Source of the DNA: Candidatus Bathyarchaeota archaeon | Lineage (GTDB): Archaea > Thermoproteota > Bathyarchaeia > Bathyarchaeales > Bathycorpusculaceae | Reading direction: 5' to 3' | Length of the DNA stretch: 64,000 nt | Assembly: GCA_963827165.1 (NCBI GenBank) | Contig: CAWGZR010000005.1 | Location: 896,001 to 960,000 of the forward strand | Part shown: piece by piece, positions 31,038 through 42,703 of the stretch | Layout of the letters: each line of letters opens with the position of its first letter | Position numbering within the stretch: the stretch's first letter is position 1 | Notes under the pieces: generated by a model | Databases searched by the model: none | The model's input: only the letters and a program-made list of their open reading frames with translations | Told to the model about the DNA's origin: nothing | Translations under genes and position numbers: made by a program

Positions 31038-33620
31038 ATGCAAACAAAAAATCGTTTGTTAGCTTTAGTTCTTATGATAGTTTTAACAGCCCCAATGATA
31101 ATGATGATAGAACAAGCATCTGCACAAACAACATCAACTGCGAACCTGCCAACCTTTCTTTACGTCAATGCGTCGCCTAGCCCCGTCGGCGTCGGACAAA
31201 CAGTGTACATAACGCTCTTCTTTACAAAACCAGTACCAACACTTACCGGCGGTTACTCCATGGGACAAGATTTCCTAGGCCTTAAAGTCAACATAATTAA
31301 GCCAGACGGAACCAACCAGACGCTCGGGCCATACGAATCGGACACTACTGGAGGTGTGCCAGCAATTGACTTCACCCCCCAAACAGCAGGAAACTACACC
31401 TTCCAAGGAATATATCCAGGACAAAAACTAGGAACTTCGGCTGGCGTAACCTTCTACATGAATTCCGCAATGAGCCCTGCAGTGACAATAACCGTACAAG
31501 AAACTCCAGTATCATACTGGCCTAGCACTCCTCTACCAACAGCCTACTGGACAACACCCATATACGCATCAAACTATTGGTGGGCGCAAGCGGTCGGCGG
31601 AAACTGGTACGGTTTAGGAAGACCAGGATTCGACAACACAGGCGGATACGATGGTTCAAACAACAACTTCCAACCCTACAGCACAGCACCAACAACAGCA
31701 CACATAGTCTGGACGAAACTAATCACAACCGGGGGCCAACCCGGCGGCGAAACCCCTGCAAACGAAATGAGTTCATTCGCAGCGAACTCACCACTCTACC
31801 ACACCTTTGAACCTATAATTCTGAACGGAATTCTTTTCTACAGTTGGTATCCCGCACAAACCGACTATGCAGGCATCGTTGCAGTTGATCTCTTCACCGG
31901 ACAAACATTGTGGGTAAAAAATACTACCGACACATTGGTATACGGTCAAGTGTTAACATTCCACACAGTCGAAGAATTCGGCTCTCAAGCATTCTTGTGG
32001 GTGTACAATCCTACAACTGGAAACTATGACATATTAGACCCAGTCACAGGAAACTATATGGCATCGGTAACAAGCATACCAAGTACCATAGCAGGACTAT
32101 TTTCAACATCAACAACCGCACTAATAGACAGCAACGAACCCTGCTGCGCAGGATCAATACTAATCTACTACACAACAACAGATTCCAAAGGCAATAACTA
32201 CCTGAACATGTGGAATTCATCACTATGTCTTGCTGGTCCAGGAGCAGTTGGTCCTAATGCGGAATTTATGACAGGTGACTTTAAGCCTTCGGGAAACTAC
32301 AACTGGACAGTAGGCATCGAATGGAAAGTGGCTGTTCCGGCAGCAAATCCTAGCTTTGGCATAACTTCAGAAACCAACCAGGGAATACTTATGACCTCAC
32401 AGCCAAAAAGTGTTTTTGCTAGCTCTTTCGGAGAAATGTTCTCACAGTGGAGTGGATCATATGAAACAGATATGGCTTTTAATCCAATCACTGGCGCAGT
32501 TCTTTTCGGACCGACAAACCAGACACTAACAATGAACCATGATTACGCCATACTGGCATGCGGCGATGGCGTGTATGTGAGTCAAGACAAAGATACGGAT
32601 CAAGCATATGGTTACTCGCTGACAACTGGCACGAAGCTTTGGGGACCAACACAACTGATAGGCAATGGACTCAGCACAATCTACTCAGGAGGAGCTATCG
32701 CATATGGTCAATGCTACATCTGGGACATCGGAGGCTACGTAAACGCTCTCAACCTTACAACTGGAAAACTCGATTGGACATGGACTAGAGGAAGTGCAGG
32801 TTACAACACTCCCTACGGAGTATATCCGAATTGGGTCTTTGGCACACAAAGCATCGCTGATGGAATGCTATTCCTGTCTGAAGGACGCTGCTACGATCCA
32901 CCGCTGTTTCCAGGAGGAGAAAAAGTCGCTATAGACTGCACGACCGGCAAAGAAGTCTGGGAAATAAACGGCGCTTTCCAAAGAGACCCATGTCCCATTG
33001 CTGACAGTGAACAATTAGGATGGAATGGCTACGACGGACAAATATACGCTTTCGGCCAGGGACCTAGCCAGACAACTATTACAGCACCTAACGTCGGCGT
33101 CACAACCGCTACTCCAATAACTATCTCAGGGCGAGTCACTGATATTTCCTCGGGCTCAGACCAAGTTGCTGTTGCAAAGAACTTTCCCAACGGATTACCA
33201 TGCGTTTCCGACGCAAGCATGACACAGTTCATGGAAGCAGTTTACGAACAACAGCCAATGCCAACCAATACAACGGGAGTACAAGTTGCAATCTTGGTCA
33301 CAGACTCTAACCACAACACTAGAACAATCGCTACAACGACGACAAACGCTATGGGTGACTACGGTATTTCGTGGACACCGGACATTGCAGGCAACTTCAC
33401 TGTTACCGCTGTCTTTGCAGGAACACAATCATACTATGGATCGTCAGCTATGACATACTTCTACGCTAACTCACCAGTTGCAACGCAACCAGCAACATCA
33501 ACGCCAATTAGCAATCTTCCAACTCAAAGCGCTCTCGAATATGGAGTTGTGGCAATAATCATCGTGATAGTCATAATCGGCGCGGTACTTGCATTGCTCG
33601 TCACAAGAAAACGACCATAA
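31038..33620 (+). CDS. Secreted, C-terminally anchored PQQ-like beta-propeller protein (paralog 1)
   Basis: Signal peptide, PSPVGVGQTV, repeated A.D..TG...W units, FPNGLPCVSDASM, TM + RKRP. Confidence 0.85.
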   Translation: MQTKNRLLALVLMIVLTAPMIMMIEQASAQTTSTANLPTFLYVNASPSPVGVGQTVYITLFFTKPVPTLTGGYSMGQDFLGLKVNIIKPDGTNQTLGPYESDTTGGVPAIDFTPQTAGNYTFQGIYPGQKLGTSAGVTFYMNSAMSPAVTITVQETPVSYWPSTPLPTAYWTTPIYASNYWWAQAVGGNWYGLGRPGFDNTGGYDGSNNNFQPYSTAPTTAHIVWTKLITTGGQPGGETPANEMSSFAANSPLYHTFEPIILNGILFYSWYPAQTDYAGIVAVDLFTGQTLWVKNTTDTLVYGQVLTFHTVEEFGSQAFLWVYNPTTGNYDILDPVTGNYMASVTSIPSTIAGLFSTSTTALIDSNEPCCAGSILIYYTTTDSKGNNYLNMWNSSLCLAGPGAVGPNAEFMTGDFKPSGNYNWTVGIEWKVAVPAANPSFGITSETNQGILMTSQPKSVFASSFGEMFSQWSGSYETDMAFNPITGAVLFGPTNQTLTMNHDYAILACGDGVYVSQDKDTDQAYGYSLTTGTKLWGPTQLIGNGLSTIYSGGAIAYGQCYIWDIGGYVNALNLTTGKLDWTWTRGSAGYNTPYGVYPNWVFGTQSIADGMLFLSEGRCYDPPLFPGGEKVAIDCTTGKEVWEINGAFQRDPCPIADSEQLGWNGYDGQIYAFGQGPSQTTITAPNVGVTTATPITISGRVTDISSGSDQVAVAKNFPNGLPCVSDASMTQFMEAVYEQQPMPTNTTGVQVAILVTDSNHNTRTIATTTTNAMGDYGISWTPDIAGNFTVTAVFAGTQSYYGSSAMTYFYANSPVATQPATSTPISNLPTQSALEYGVVAIIIVIVIIGAVLALLVTRKRP

Positions 33621-33639
33621 ATTCAAGAAAAAGCAACAA

Positions 33640-33669
33640 AAACTTTCCTTTCTTTTTTTTAAATTTTTT
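33640..33669 (+). terminator. Archaeal oligo-T terminator
   Basis: ctttcctttcttttttt after the stop; same pattern after all four paralogs (also ~42421, ~49287, ~61535). Confidence 0.6.
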
Positions 33670-33846
33670 AGAAAATGATGAGAAAAAGAATACTGCGGCT
33701 GAATAGGCTCAGGTTATATTCGATTATTCGGGATCTTTTGCCTCATATTTTTCTGCATACCTTATGTCTAATTAATTTTTTCTTCCGAATTAAGTCATAC
33801 TCTGGACTGTTCCAATTCTTCGCCGACTGTATTCTAGTTTCTGTCT

Positions 33847-34743
33847 TTAAACCGTAGCTTTTCTTCCTCCACGTGTACTGAGTCGCCACACAAGAAGTGC
33901 TTCAACAAATAAAACCAAACTTGAAGCGAAAACAAAAGTGGGATTTAACGGAAACATGTAGCGGAGAATTCCATTAATTGACAGCGCAATCGATAAAACA
34001 AAGAAAACAATGCCAACAATGAAAAATGTGAGATACAACTTTCTGTTCCTCTTGTTCTTTTTGATCCAGCCTCCTAGAAAAAACAGCACTATACCCGTTA
34101 AAAGACTCATAGGAGGGATGATTTGGGTGGAAAGAAGAAGGTTCCTGGCAGCCAACGCAAAACTATGGTTCAATAAAGCATAGAGGGCAAACAATGAAAA
34201 AGAAGCCAGTGCTAACCATTTATCAAGAAGTTGCCCATTCGTTGCAGGCCCATAGGTTCTACGCCAAGGAACAGCCTTATACTCCTTCAAATCAGGATCG
34301 GAAAGCTTTGTAGCTTCGGGAGAATCTTCATTAATGAAAACAACGCGATCAGGCGGTTTCGTATCTACCAATTCCAGATTGCACCCGCCACCTTTCGAAT
34401 TTGCAGCCAAAGTAAAGCGACCCCGCTTCACTAACCTTGAAAATGGAAAAAGCCACTCTACACCCCTGTCTTTTTCTGTTGTGAAAGAATCTAAGAAACT
34501 GTGAAGGAACGCACCAAGTGCAAGCCAAACATTAACTAAGAATAAACCGGACAGAAAAAGAAGATTGTGGAAAAGTGCCCGATGAAACTGTTCTTCACGA
34601 AAAGTCATAGAGCTCACAAATATGTATTCTCTGTCAAGGTCGGGAATGAAGCTTCCAATGCCTGCTAAAAGAGCGAAGTAGGGATTGCCTGTAAAGACAG
34701 CAGTGACGACACCAGCGAAAAAAATGTGACTGGCAAGATTCAA
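33847..34743 (-). CDS. Membrane-bound metal-dependent hydrolase (YdjM-like)
   Basis: SH, GS.IPDLD, HRALFHN, H..LD..T..GV.WLFPF. Confidence 0.8.
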   Translation of the reverse strand: MNLASHIFFAGVVTAVFTGNPYFALLAGIGSFIPDLDREYIFVSSMTFREEQFHRALFHNLLFLSGLFLVNVWLALGAFLHSFLDSFTTEKDRGVEWLFPFSRLVKRGRFTLAANSKGGGCNLELVDTKPPDRVVFINEDSPEATKLSDPDLKEYKAVPWRRTYGPATNGQLLDKWLALASFSLFALYALLNHSFALAARNLLLSTQIIPPMSLLTGIVLFFLGGWIKKNKRNRKLYLTFFIVGIVFFVLSIALSINGILRYMFPLNPTFVFASSLVLFVEALLVWRLSTRGGRKATV

Positions 34744-34944
34744 AAATAAGACCTAATTAAGGGTAGTTGGTACTGAAATAAAAAGATTCATAATTTAGAC
34801 TTTTATTTTGAGCGTTGGATTGACATTCACTTTTTGGCTTTTCTTAAAAGGTTCTTTTAGCAGAGATGAAAATATTGTTTGGTGTAGTCGAAGTATAGCA
34901 GCGACGGTTCACGTAAAACGAGCCAAGTATAACAATTTGTAAAG

Positions 34945-35304
34945 TTATTTTTTGTCAACAGGTTTTTCGGGAGGCCTCAACTGGTTTCTTATTATTACGT
35001 AAAGCGCTAAAAAGAGCCCGCCAGCTATGACACCTGAAGTGATGCCCATGATGTAAAATGCTTCCCACGCCGGCATAGAGTTGCTGAGGTATTTGAACGA
35101 CCCGATAAGTATGAAGAGGGAAGCTGATCCGAGGAACGAAATTCCCAGAGCCATTAAAACACTGCCAACAATGCTTACAATGAGAAGTTTCTTAATGCGT
35201 TTCTTAAAAGCAGTTTCCGCTTCATTCAAGTATTCTTTGAGCAGAGCTTTTATCTCATTTAGAATTACACCGAGCAATTCCCTTAAAGAAATCTTTTCTG
35301 ACAT
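34945..35304 (-). CDS. Small two-TM membrane protein (holin-superfamily-like topology)
   Basis: Amphipathic N-helix, 2 TM, basic tail. Confidence 0.5.
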   Translation of the reverse strand: MSEKISLRELLGVILNEIKALLKEYLNEAETAFKKRIKKLLIVSIVGSVLMALGISFLGSASLFILIGSFKYLSNSMPAWEAFYIMGITSGVIAGGLFLALYVIIRNQLRPPEKPVDKK

Positions 35305-35588
35305 TTAATATTCACTCACTCACTTTCAAAAACAAATCAATCGAATCTCAAAATCCAATATTTCACGCAGGCTGGCGGAGTATCGGTATTTCAACATCCT
35401 TATATTTAGTTTATCTTGAAAGCTTATTTTAAGATTGTGAAAAAGGATAAACATCTAAAACAAATTTTTTTTAAGAGTTGTAACCAAATGCTTTTTTGGG
35501 CGCCGTTAAATTAGTAATTACGGTCTTGAGGTGCGATAAAATCAATTATTCTTTTGATTGCTCTTGTTTATGGGAGAGATAGTTTGTT

Positions 35589-36089
35589 TTGTCAAAACGT
35601 GTTCTATACATCTTGGATTCGTTAAGACTGCGAGTTATAAGGTTGACAGGTCACCGACGGACTAAAATTAACATCGATGTGTTTGCTAATCCGGAAAAAT
35701 ATTTAGTGCGTTTGCCGATCGATAAAATCGTTGCTGACACAAAAGTCGACCCAGAAACCATAGCGATGTATAAGAAGAAAATCGAAAACGGAGAAAGAAT
35801 TGCCCCCTTAATCGTTGTTAAGCATCCTAAATATGATGTATACGCAGTTTTAGATGGTCACCATAGGTATTACGCACTCTTAGAATTGGGAAAGAAAGAA
35901 ATTGATTGTGCCCTGGCAGGAGATTTCTCCAGCGTAGTGTTTTATATGACTGAGCACGGTTATTTCCAACCTAAACCTGAAACCAAGGAAGAGGATCAAA
36001 AAAAGATTATCCATTTACATGAAAATGTCCAAGATTTTCTTCACAATTTTTTGAAAGATCCTAACAAACCTAAGACTCCTTATAGGTAA
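35589..36089 (+). CDS. ParB/Sulfiredoxin N-terminal domain protein
   Basis: PLIVV....Y.VLDGHHRY.AL..LG. Confidence 0.8.
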   Translation: MSKRVLYILDSLRLRVIRLTGHRRTKINIDVFANPEKYLVRLPIDKIVADTKVDPETIAMYKKKIENGERIAPLIVVKHPKYDVYAVLDGHHRYYALLELGKKEIDCALAGDFSSVVFYMTEHGYFQPKPETKEEDQKKIIHLHENVQDFLHNFLKDPNKPKTPYR

Positions 36090-36161
36090 AAATCAAATTG
36101 AAGCTTCAGTTCCAAGTTTTCCATTGCGAAAAAATAAAAAAAGAAGTGGCGTTGGTGATAA

Positions 36162-38336
36162 CTAATTTAGCTCTACTTTGGCTAGTAGGCTTAGGTCGCT
36201 GAGATTGTTTAGCTGCACTCTGTTTTGGCTGATGGTGTATAGGACATTATTGATGTACAGTGAACGGGTGATGAAGTATTGGCTTTCACTCCACGGATAC
36301 TGTCCTGCTGCTGCAAGAGACGGGTTCGCGAGATAAGTTGCGGCATTGTCTAACTGTGTTATGTTGCCTTGAATTGTAATGCCGTTTGTGAGGTCAATCT
36401 TGAATACGTATGCTCCTTGCCAAACGAATTGCGGATAATTAGTTTCAGATGGTATCATCGGGGCGGGGGCGGGAATTGCTATCCCACTGCCGGTCCCTGT
36501 TGATCCCGATGACGCGTTAGTTGTGCTGTTTGCTGTTTCGTACAGTTCAACTGGAAGGACTAGGAGGTTGCGAGATGCGTCAAAGAGGATAGCTTTAGGG
36601 TCGGTGAGAGCTTCGGATGTTGTGCCACTGTCGCCTATAACGATGCTTGAAGTTTCCTTCGGGCTTGCGACATTACTTACGTCGAATAGGGAAATTTTCA
36701 AACCTAAAACTGCGGTGTAATATACGTCTCCTGGAATTTCGACTTTGTTTGCATCAATGCTGGCGTTTACATCTTGGCCGATTCCTATCAGATGTGTTGC
36801 GTCGTAGGGCTGAAGGAAATCTGAATATCCGGGGATCGTAAGATTGCCAAGAACCATGGGGTTGGTGGGTTGACTTAAGTCGACAACAAACAGCGGATCA
36901 ATTTGGTTGAAGGTAACTAAGTAACATCGATCGCCTATGAATCGGGCTGAATGCAGTTCTTCTCCGCTAGCCAGATTTTCGAGTTTTCCCACGACTTGCA
37001 AGTTCGAATCTAAAACATACAGGTTATTCTCTTGAGTTGACGTTGTTGAGGTGTAATCGTAGGAGGTAGTGGCTATGCGGAAGTTACCGTTGTATTCATC
37101 CATCGAGTACTGGTTCATGACAGTGCCTGTAACGTTTCCTGTTGCTGCAAGCGTAAAAGATGGACCTGAGATTGCGATGCGGTAAATCTCGGTTCCCTGC
37201 GAATAAAGCTGCACCGGCATAATAGGCATTGGCACAATGGCTGTTCCCTGTTGATTCGTCGTTGTCGAAGTGCTTTGATAGGTGGATACTTCGTCAGTCA
37301 GATAGATGTTGCTTTGGGAAACGTATATCGACCCCGCACTGCCCATGAGGATAGTTGTGCTTACTGCTTGTTCTTGAGCGTTTTCGATGTTTACTGCCAT
37401 TATAGTTGTGTACATGTAGGCTGAATCCGAATTGTTAACGTAGTAAATGTTTGTAGCCGCTACCGTAGATGCTGCTTGCCCCGAGAAAACTGTCGGAAGC
37501 AAAACGGTCCCATTTAACAGGTAAGCGTTCTCAGAGATTATATCGTAAACATAATTACCAATCATTCGACTGTCAACGTAGCTGCCGCTCATTGTAATAT
37601 TCCGTGTTAGCACTGGATTAGCTTTGTTGGAAACATCATATACGTAAACAAAGTTTGTGCTGGTGGTCCAACTTGGAAACATGACGTTGGTCGGATATAA
37701 CCCGTGAAAGCTTCCGTAAACCGCGTAGGGTATATAGTTGCTCCCTAGAACGGCAAGTTCGTTGCCGTCTGCGCTAAGATAAATTCCCATTGGGCTACTG
37801 TTGTCAAAAGATATTTTGCTGAGAACTTTAGCATTTTGTGGGTTTTGCGAGCTGGCATCTAAAATGTATACAACTTGGCTATTGTTGCCTATGGTGTAGA
37901 TGTATTGACCATCAGTTTTTACTGTGTCTGCTTCATCAACGCCTGCAACTTGGATGTTAGTTGTTGAATAATCATTTGTAGCCCCTTGTGAAGTTGAAGA
38001 TGCTGCTGTAGGCGCTGGCACTGCTGCAGGTGCCATCTCATTAAAAGTTCCTGTGGTATACATCAAATTACCCGAAGTGTCCAGGTTTGAGCTGCTGCTT
38101 TGGTTTAGGTAGTTTTTGAGTTCATCATATGAAGCAAAAGTTTTCAGGGAGGTTTGTGTTCCTAGCGTTTGAGTTCCAAGCGTCTGTGCTGCCTGAGATG
38201 ACCCTGGCTGTCTGGATGCAGCAGGAGAAATCCCTGGGGTGTCGTAAGCGTAAATCATCGCCACAAGGACAATAGCTAAAAGTAACGCAATTAAACCATA
38301 AGTTTTTGTTTTCTTCATAACTTCTTTCTGAACCAT
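36162..38336 (-). CDS. Secreted beta-propeller domain protein (Beta_propel family)
   Basis: YSTTNIQVAGVDEADTVKTDG, NQYSMDEY, VTF.QIDPLFVVDL, IPGYSD.LQP. Confidence 0.9.
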   Translation of the reverse strand: MVQKEVMKKTKTYGLIALLLAIVLVAMIYAYDTPGISPAASRQPGSSQAAQTLGTQTLGTQTSLKTFASYDELKNYLNQSSSSNLDTSGNLMYTTGTFNEMAPAAVPAPTAASSTSQGATNDYSTTNIQVAGVDEADTVKTDGQYIYTIGNNSQVVYILDASSQNPQNAKVLSKISFDNSSPMGIYLSADGNELAVLGSNYIPYAVYGSFHGLYPTNVMFPSWTTSTNFVYVYDVSNKANPVLTRNITMSGSYVDSRMIGNYVYDIISENAYLLNGTVLLPTVFSGQAASTVAATNIYYVNNSDSAYMYTTIMAVNIENAQEQAVSTTILMGSAGSIYVSQSNIYLTDEVSTYQSTSTTTNQQGTAIVPMPIMPVQLYSQGTEIYRIAISGPSFTLAATGNVTGTVMNQYSMDEYNGNFRIATTSYDYTSTTSTQENNLYVLDSNLQVVGKLENLASGEELHSARFIGDRCYLVTFNQIDPLFVVDLSQPTNPMVLGNLTIPGYSDFLQPYDATHLIGIGQDVNASIDANKVEIPGDVYYTAVLGLKISLFDVSNVASPKETSSIVIGDSGTTSEALTDPKAILFDASRNLLVLPVELYETANSTTNASSGSTGTGSGIAIPAPAPMIPSETNYPQFVWQGAYVFKIDLTNGITIQGNITQLDNAATYLANPSLAAAGQYPWSESQYFITRSLYINNVLYTISQNRVQLNNLSDLSLLAKVELN

Positions 38337-38528
38337 TTTTCTCTTCGCCTGAAGAGTGTTAAGTCAACGGTTTATATGATGCTATATCTAAGAACAGGCT
38401 GTCCAGTTTTCAGAACGGACGCATTTATTGTAAAATCCATAGCCTCAGCAAACTCCAAATTACAAGAAAAAGAACTTTCAATTGAAAAGATCAAGCAGTC
38501 ACATTTGAAGTTGGCTTTTAAAACTTAA

Positions 38529-39507
38529 TTAGAGAAGGAATGCGAAGCGGTTTAGCGGCCATGCTGGGAAGTTTGGCGTTACGAAGATGTCTAACTGCTC
38601 AATATTCTGTATTTTTTTGATGTTCTCAACCAATTTAAAGTATTGCTGGAAATCCTCAAAAACCACGTGTGCGAACAAGTCGTAAATTCCGATGTATTTG
38701 ACAAGGACTATTAGGTTGGGTATATTTAGCAGCTCTGCTGCTACCTCTGACGTCGTACCTTTGTTTGCGAGTTTTATAAAGAAATAAGCCCCCGCGGCAT
38801 AACCAAGTTTATCCAGATCAATGGTAATTGTGGAAAGGTACAGCAGGTTTTCTCTTAGCTTTTTGTATCTTTTGATTACGTTTTTAGGTGAAGTACCAAG
38901 CTGCTCCGCAATTTTTCTAAATGAGGTTCTCGATTTCTGAGTCAATATCTTCGCGATTTTTCTATCCATTTCATCTAGTTCAACTTCTGATTCTTTCATT
39001 TCCACGGTTGCAGATTTGGGTCCGATCTTTCCGCTGGAAGGTTTAACTATCAAGTTTTCCGGATGCTCTATTATTACTTCATTGACCAAAATTAGAGAAT
39101 CAACACGTTTTATTAACTGGCTTTCTTCCAACTCTTGCTGCATTTTACTTAATTTGTCAATATTGCGTAAAGCAACTTGAGTGCCGATACTGTATTTTCC
39201 GAAATTTTTAAAGACTCGTGGTATGTAGGGCTTGCTTGCTAGAAAGTCCATAGCTTTGTCTTCATTTTCTGAATTAACCACCATTCCAATGAGGCAAATA
39301 TAGCGATACCCTAAGGCGTAAGGGTTTACTAGGCATGGTTTCTCCATTGATTATTCCTATTTTCCATAGGTGTTTGTATCGCATTCTTATTGCTGCCACA
39401 CTAATTTTGCAGTCTTTGGCAATTTTACTAAAGCTGGTGCGCGATTCGCTTAGAAGGGTTTTTATGATTATAGCGTCGATTTCATCAATGGTTGTTCCGC
39501 AGGCCAT
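38529..39507 (-). CDS. Tandem (double) Lrp/AsnC regulator, frameshift near 39335
   Basis: Two HTH-RAM modules (IDEID..I...L....R.SF..IA twice); divergent from propeller paralog 2. Confidence 0.85.
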
Positions 39508-39638
39508 TTTTAGCACTTGTCGCATTCTAAAGAGTTGTGATCATGTTAAGCTTTACTATCTTTTTCTTTAGCACATTATGAATGTATCACTGTAAATTTA
39601 GTTTAATTTGTGTCGAATATTTGGTCATTTAAGTAAGA

Positions 39639-39650
39639 TTATAAATACTT
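39639..39650 (+). promoter_or_regulatory. TATA box of propeller paralog 2
   Basis: ttataaatac ~45 nt upstream of the ATG, followed by an AAGGAG SD; same TTATAAAT at 46440 and 58479. Confidence 0.55.
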
Positions 39651-39687
39651 GAATCTCTGAGAATGGTTTTCACAGTAAAGGAGAAAA

Positions 39688-42396
39688 ATGAAAAATATGC
39701 TTAAACCAAAAAGCAAAATTGTAACTATCGTAATTGCGATGTTTTTGATGCTTTCAATGGCAGCTTCAATGATGCTAATACCAAACGCCAAAGCACAATC
39801 CAGTTCAACAGTAGTTACCTCATATGCTTACATTGCCGCGTTTCCAAATCCAGTAGGCGTCGGCCAAACAGTATCAGTCGACATGTGGCTAAGCAGAGTA
39901 ATTCCAGGAGCAGACTTAAGCAATAATATTCGATGGCACAACTACCAGCTCACAATTACAGCACCCGACGGGACAAACACAACCCAAAGCTGGGCTGCAG
40001 TCTTAGACACAACATCAAACCAAGACTATTCGTTTACTCCCTCTCAAACAGGCACGTACACTTTAACTTTCCACTTTCCAGGGCAAACATACACTTGGCC
40101 GCCATTCATGAGTATGTTCGGACCAGAAAATTACCAGGGCACCGTTTATGGAAGTGCCTCTGCGGTAACAACAGTCACAGTACAGCAGACACCACTAAGC
40201 TACTATCCAACAACCCCACTTCCGACACAGTATTGGACAAGACCAATATACGGCTTGAATTCTAATTGGGACACGATCTCTTCAAACTGGCTTGGTCAAG
40301 GTTCGCCTGGCTACTCGAATGGCTTGCTAGGTGCCAGCGCTCCCGCTGACGCAGTGGGATCACTGACTAGCCACGTGATGTGGACACAGCCAATGGAAAT
40401 GGGCGGCGTTGTAGGAGGAAACATCTTCTCTGCAGAACAAGGAGCGACATACTTCGAGGGATCCGCATATCAAAACAGATTCATAAACCCGATAATAGTT
40501 GACGGCTACCTGTACTTCACTGAACCATTATCATTCTCTGGACCAAGCTCAGGAGCAACGGTCTGCGAAAACCTGCAAACGGGGCAAATCGTTTGGAGCA
40601 GCACCAGTGTACCCGCACTTTCCTTTGCCTACCTGTACAACGTTGAAAGCCCTAACCAACACGGAGTTTATCCACCAATTCTAGTTCAAACCGTTGGAGG
40701 ATCATTCCTTGGACCCCCAGTGCCTCTAAAATGGAACTGTTTTGATGGCTTCACAGGAGACTTCATGTTCAGCGTAACTGGCGTTCCCACTGGCACAGCA
40801 GTGCTTGGCCCCGAAGGTGAATACTTGATAGTCAGCTTAGTAAACTTGGGTACCATGGCGAAGCCGAACTACTATCTGCAAGAATGGAACTCATCAAGAC
40901 TATGGGGAAACAACTATTCAGGGTCATCCACATCTCCCCCAGTGATCCCACCGATTAGTGATCAAGGCGACAATCTAACCGCAACCTGGGCTGGAGGCAT
41001 GGTCGGCACGGGCTTCGCAGCTACCTATGTTCCAAGTATGTATGACTGGAATGTTTCAGTTTCTGCGCTAAACACACTCACTTCAACGCCAACAATAGAG
41101 AACGCTTACTACAACAACATCGCGATACTCGAGGCTGGGGTATTGCCAAATGCGGGTAACAACCCATTTGGTGCACCAAGTTCGACCCCCTATGAGTACG
41201 TCGGCATAAACCTTAACCAGAACACTGGCAAAATCGGAGATACGCTTTGGACAAACACCGTTAACCCACCAACCGGCAACCTAACCGTTGGATACACTGG
41301 AGCAGACCCAACAGCAAACGGCGGAAAAGGAGTCTTCACCGAATACTATACAGAAACGATGCAGTTTGTAGGATACAGTATGGCAACAGGCAAACAAATC
41401 TGGGGTCCGACAACACCACAGGACGCATACAACTTCTTCGCAATGGGATACGGCGGTCAAGGACCTACTTTGGCTTACGGCAAAATGTACGAAGGCGGAT
41501 ACGGTGGAGTAGTATACTGCTATGACCTAGCAACTGGAAACATACTGTGGACCTACGGTAATGGCGACGCCGGCAACAGCACTAACGCTGGCCTTACCTT
41601 TGCTCGTCCATACCCAACTATCATATCAGCAATCGGCAACGGAGTAGTTTATACAATCACTAGCGAACACACCACCACAAACCCAATCTACAAAGGAGCA
41701 TTAGCCCGAGCCATAAACGCCACTACTGGAGCAGAAATTTGGACACTTTCCAACGACAATAACGGCGGCCCACAAGCATACGCTATCGCAGACGGCTACT
41801 GCACTACGTTCAACGGCTATGATGACCAAGTCTACGTTATGGGCAGAGGACCCAGCGCCACCACTGCAAACGCTCAAGCCTTCGGCGACTCGGTAGTTAT
41901 TAGCGGTACAGTCACTGATATTTCTGCGGGCACAAAACAGAACCAGCAAGCAGCTGACTTTCCAAACGGCGTCCCAGTAGCATCTGACTCAATCATGCAG
42001 GACTGGATGGCATATGTTTATCAACAGCAGCCAATGCCAACCAACTTCAAAGGAGTCCAAGTTGACATTTAGCGTCTTAGACTCTAACAACAACTACAGG
42101 CAAATAGTCTGAGCCATAGCCAACGAAATGGAATGTACACCCTAACTTGGAAACCTGACATATCAGGCAACTACACAGTTTATGCAAGCTTCGCTGGAAC
42201 CAATGGTTACTGGCCATCATCCGACACAGCAGCCTTCTACGCAAGCGCCGCAGCGCCAACAACAGCACCAACAGCGACACCTATCGCCGGCTTAGCCTCA
42301 AATAACACACTGATGTACGGGCTCGTAACGATAATCGTTGTGATAGTCATAATCGGCGCAGTGCTATCTATCCTCGTCACACGAAAGCATCCATAA
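39688..42396 (+). CDS. PQQ-like beta-propeller surface protein (paralog 2), indels near 42070-42125
   Basis: PNPVGVGQTV, YFEGSAY..RF.NPII, FPNGVPVASD, TM + RKHP. Confidence 0.85.
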
Positions 42397-42703
42397 GCTA
42401 AACAAAGCCAATCAACAAATCCTTTCCTTTTTTTAGTCCCTAAAAATCATTTATACAGTTCTTATTTTCTTCAAGATTAAATCAATCTTGACTCTAATCC
42501 TAAAACAATTTTCTCCATTTGCAGGGGAAGTATTCGAACCCAAACCGGATAAAGACCGCCTCTATAGAATTTGAGCATCTCAAGGTACGATGAAGCGGAA
42601 GGCGGGAAATTAAGCGGGAAGTTTATGAAGTTCTTATCCGCTACTGAGTCATTATTAAGAAAATAACCTCGTATTCGGTTAAGGTGTCGAGATCCGCGGT
42701 TAA

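Noticed and set aside
34945-36089. Prophage or plasmid signal from holin-like and ParB-like genes
   Set aside because: No ParA, capsid, terminase or replication genes; both domains commonly occur stand-alone.
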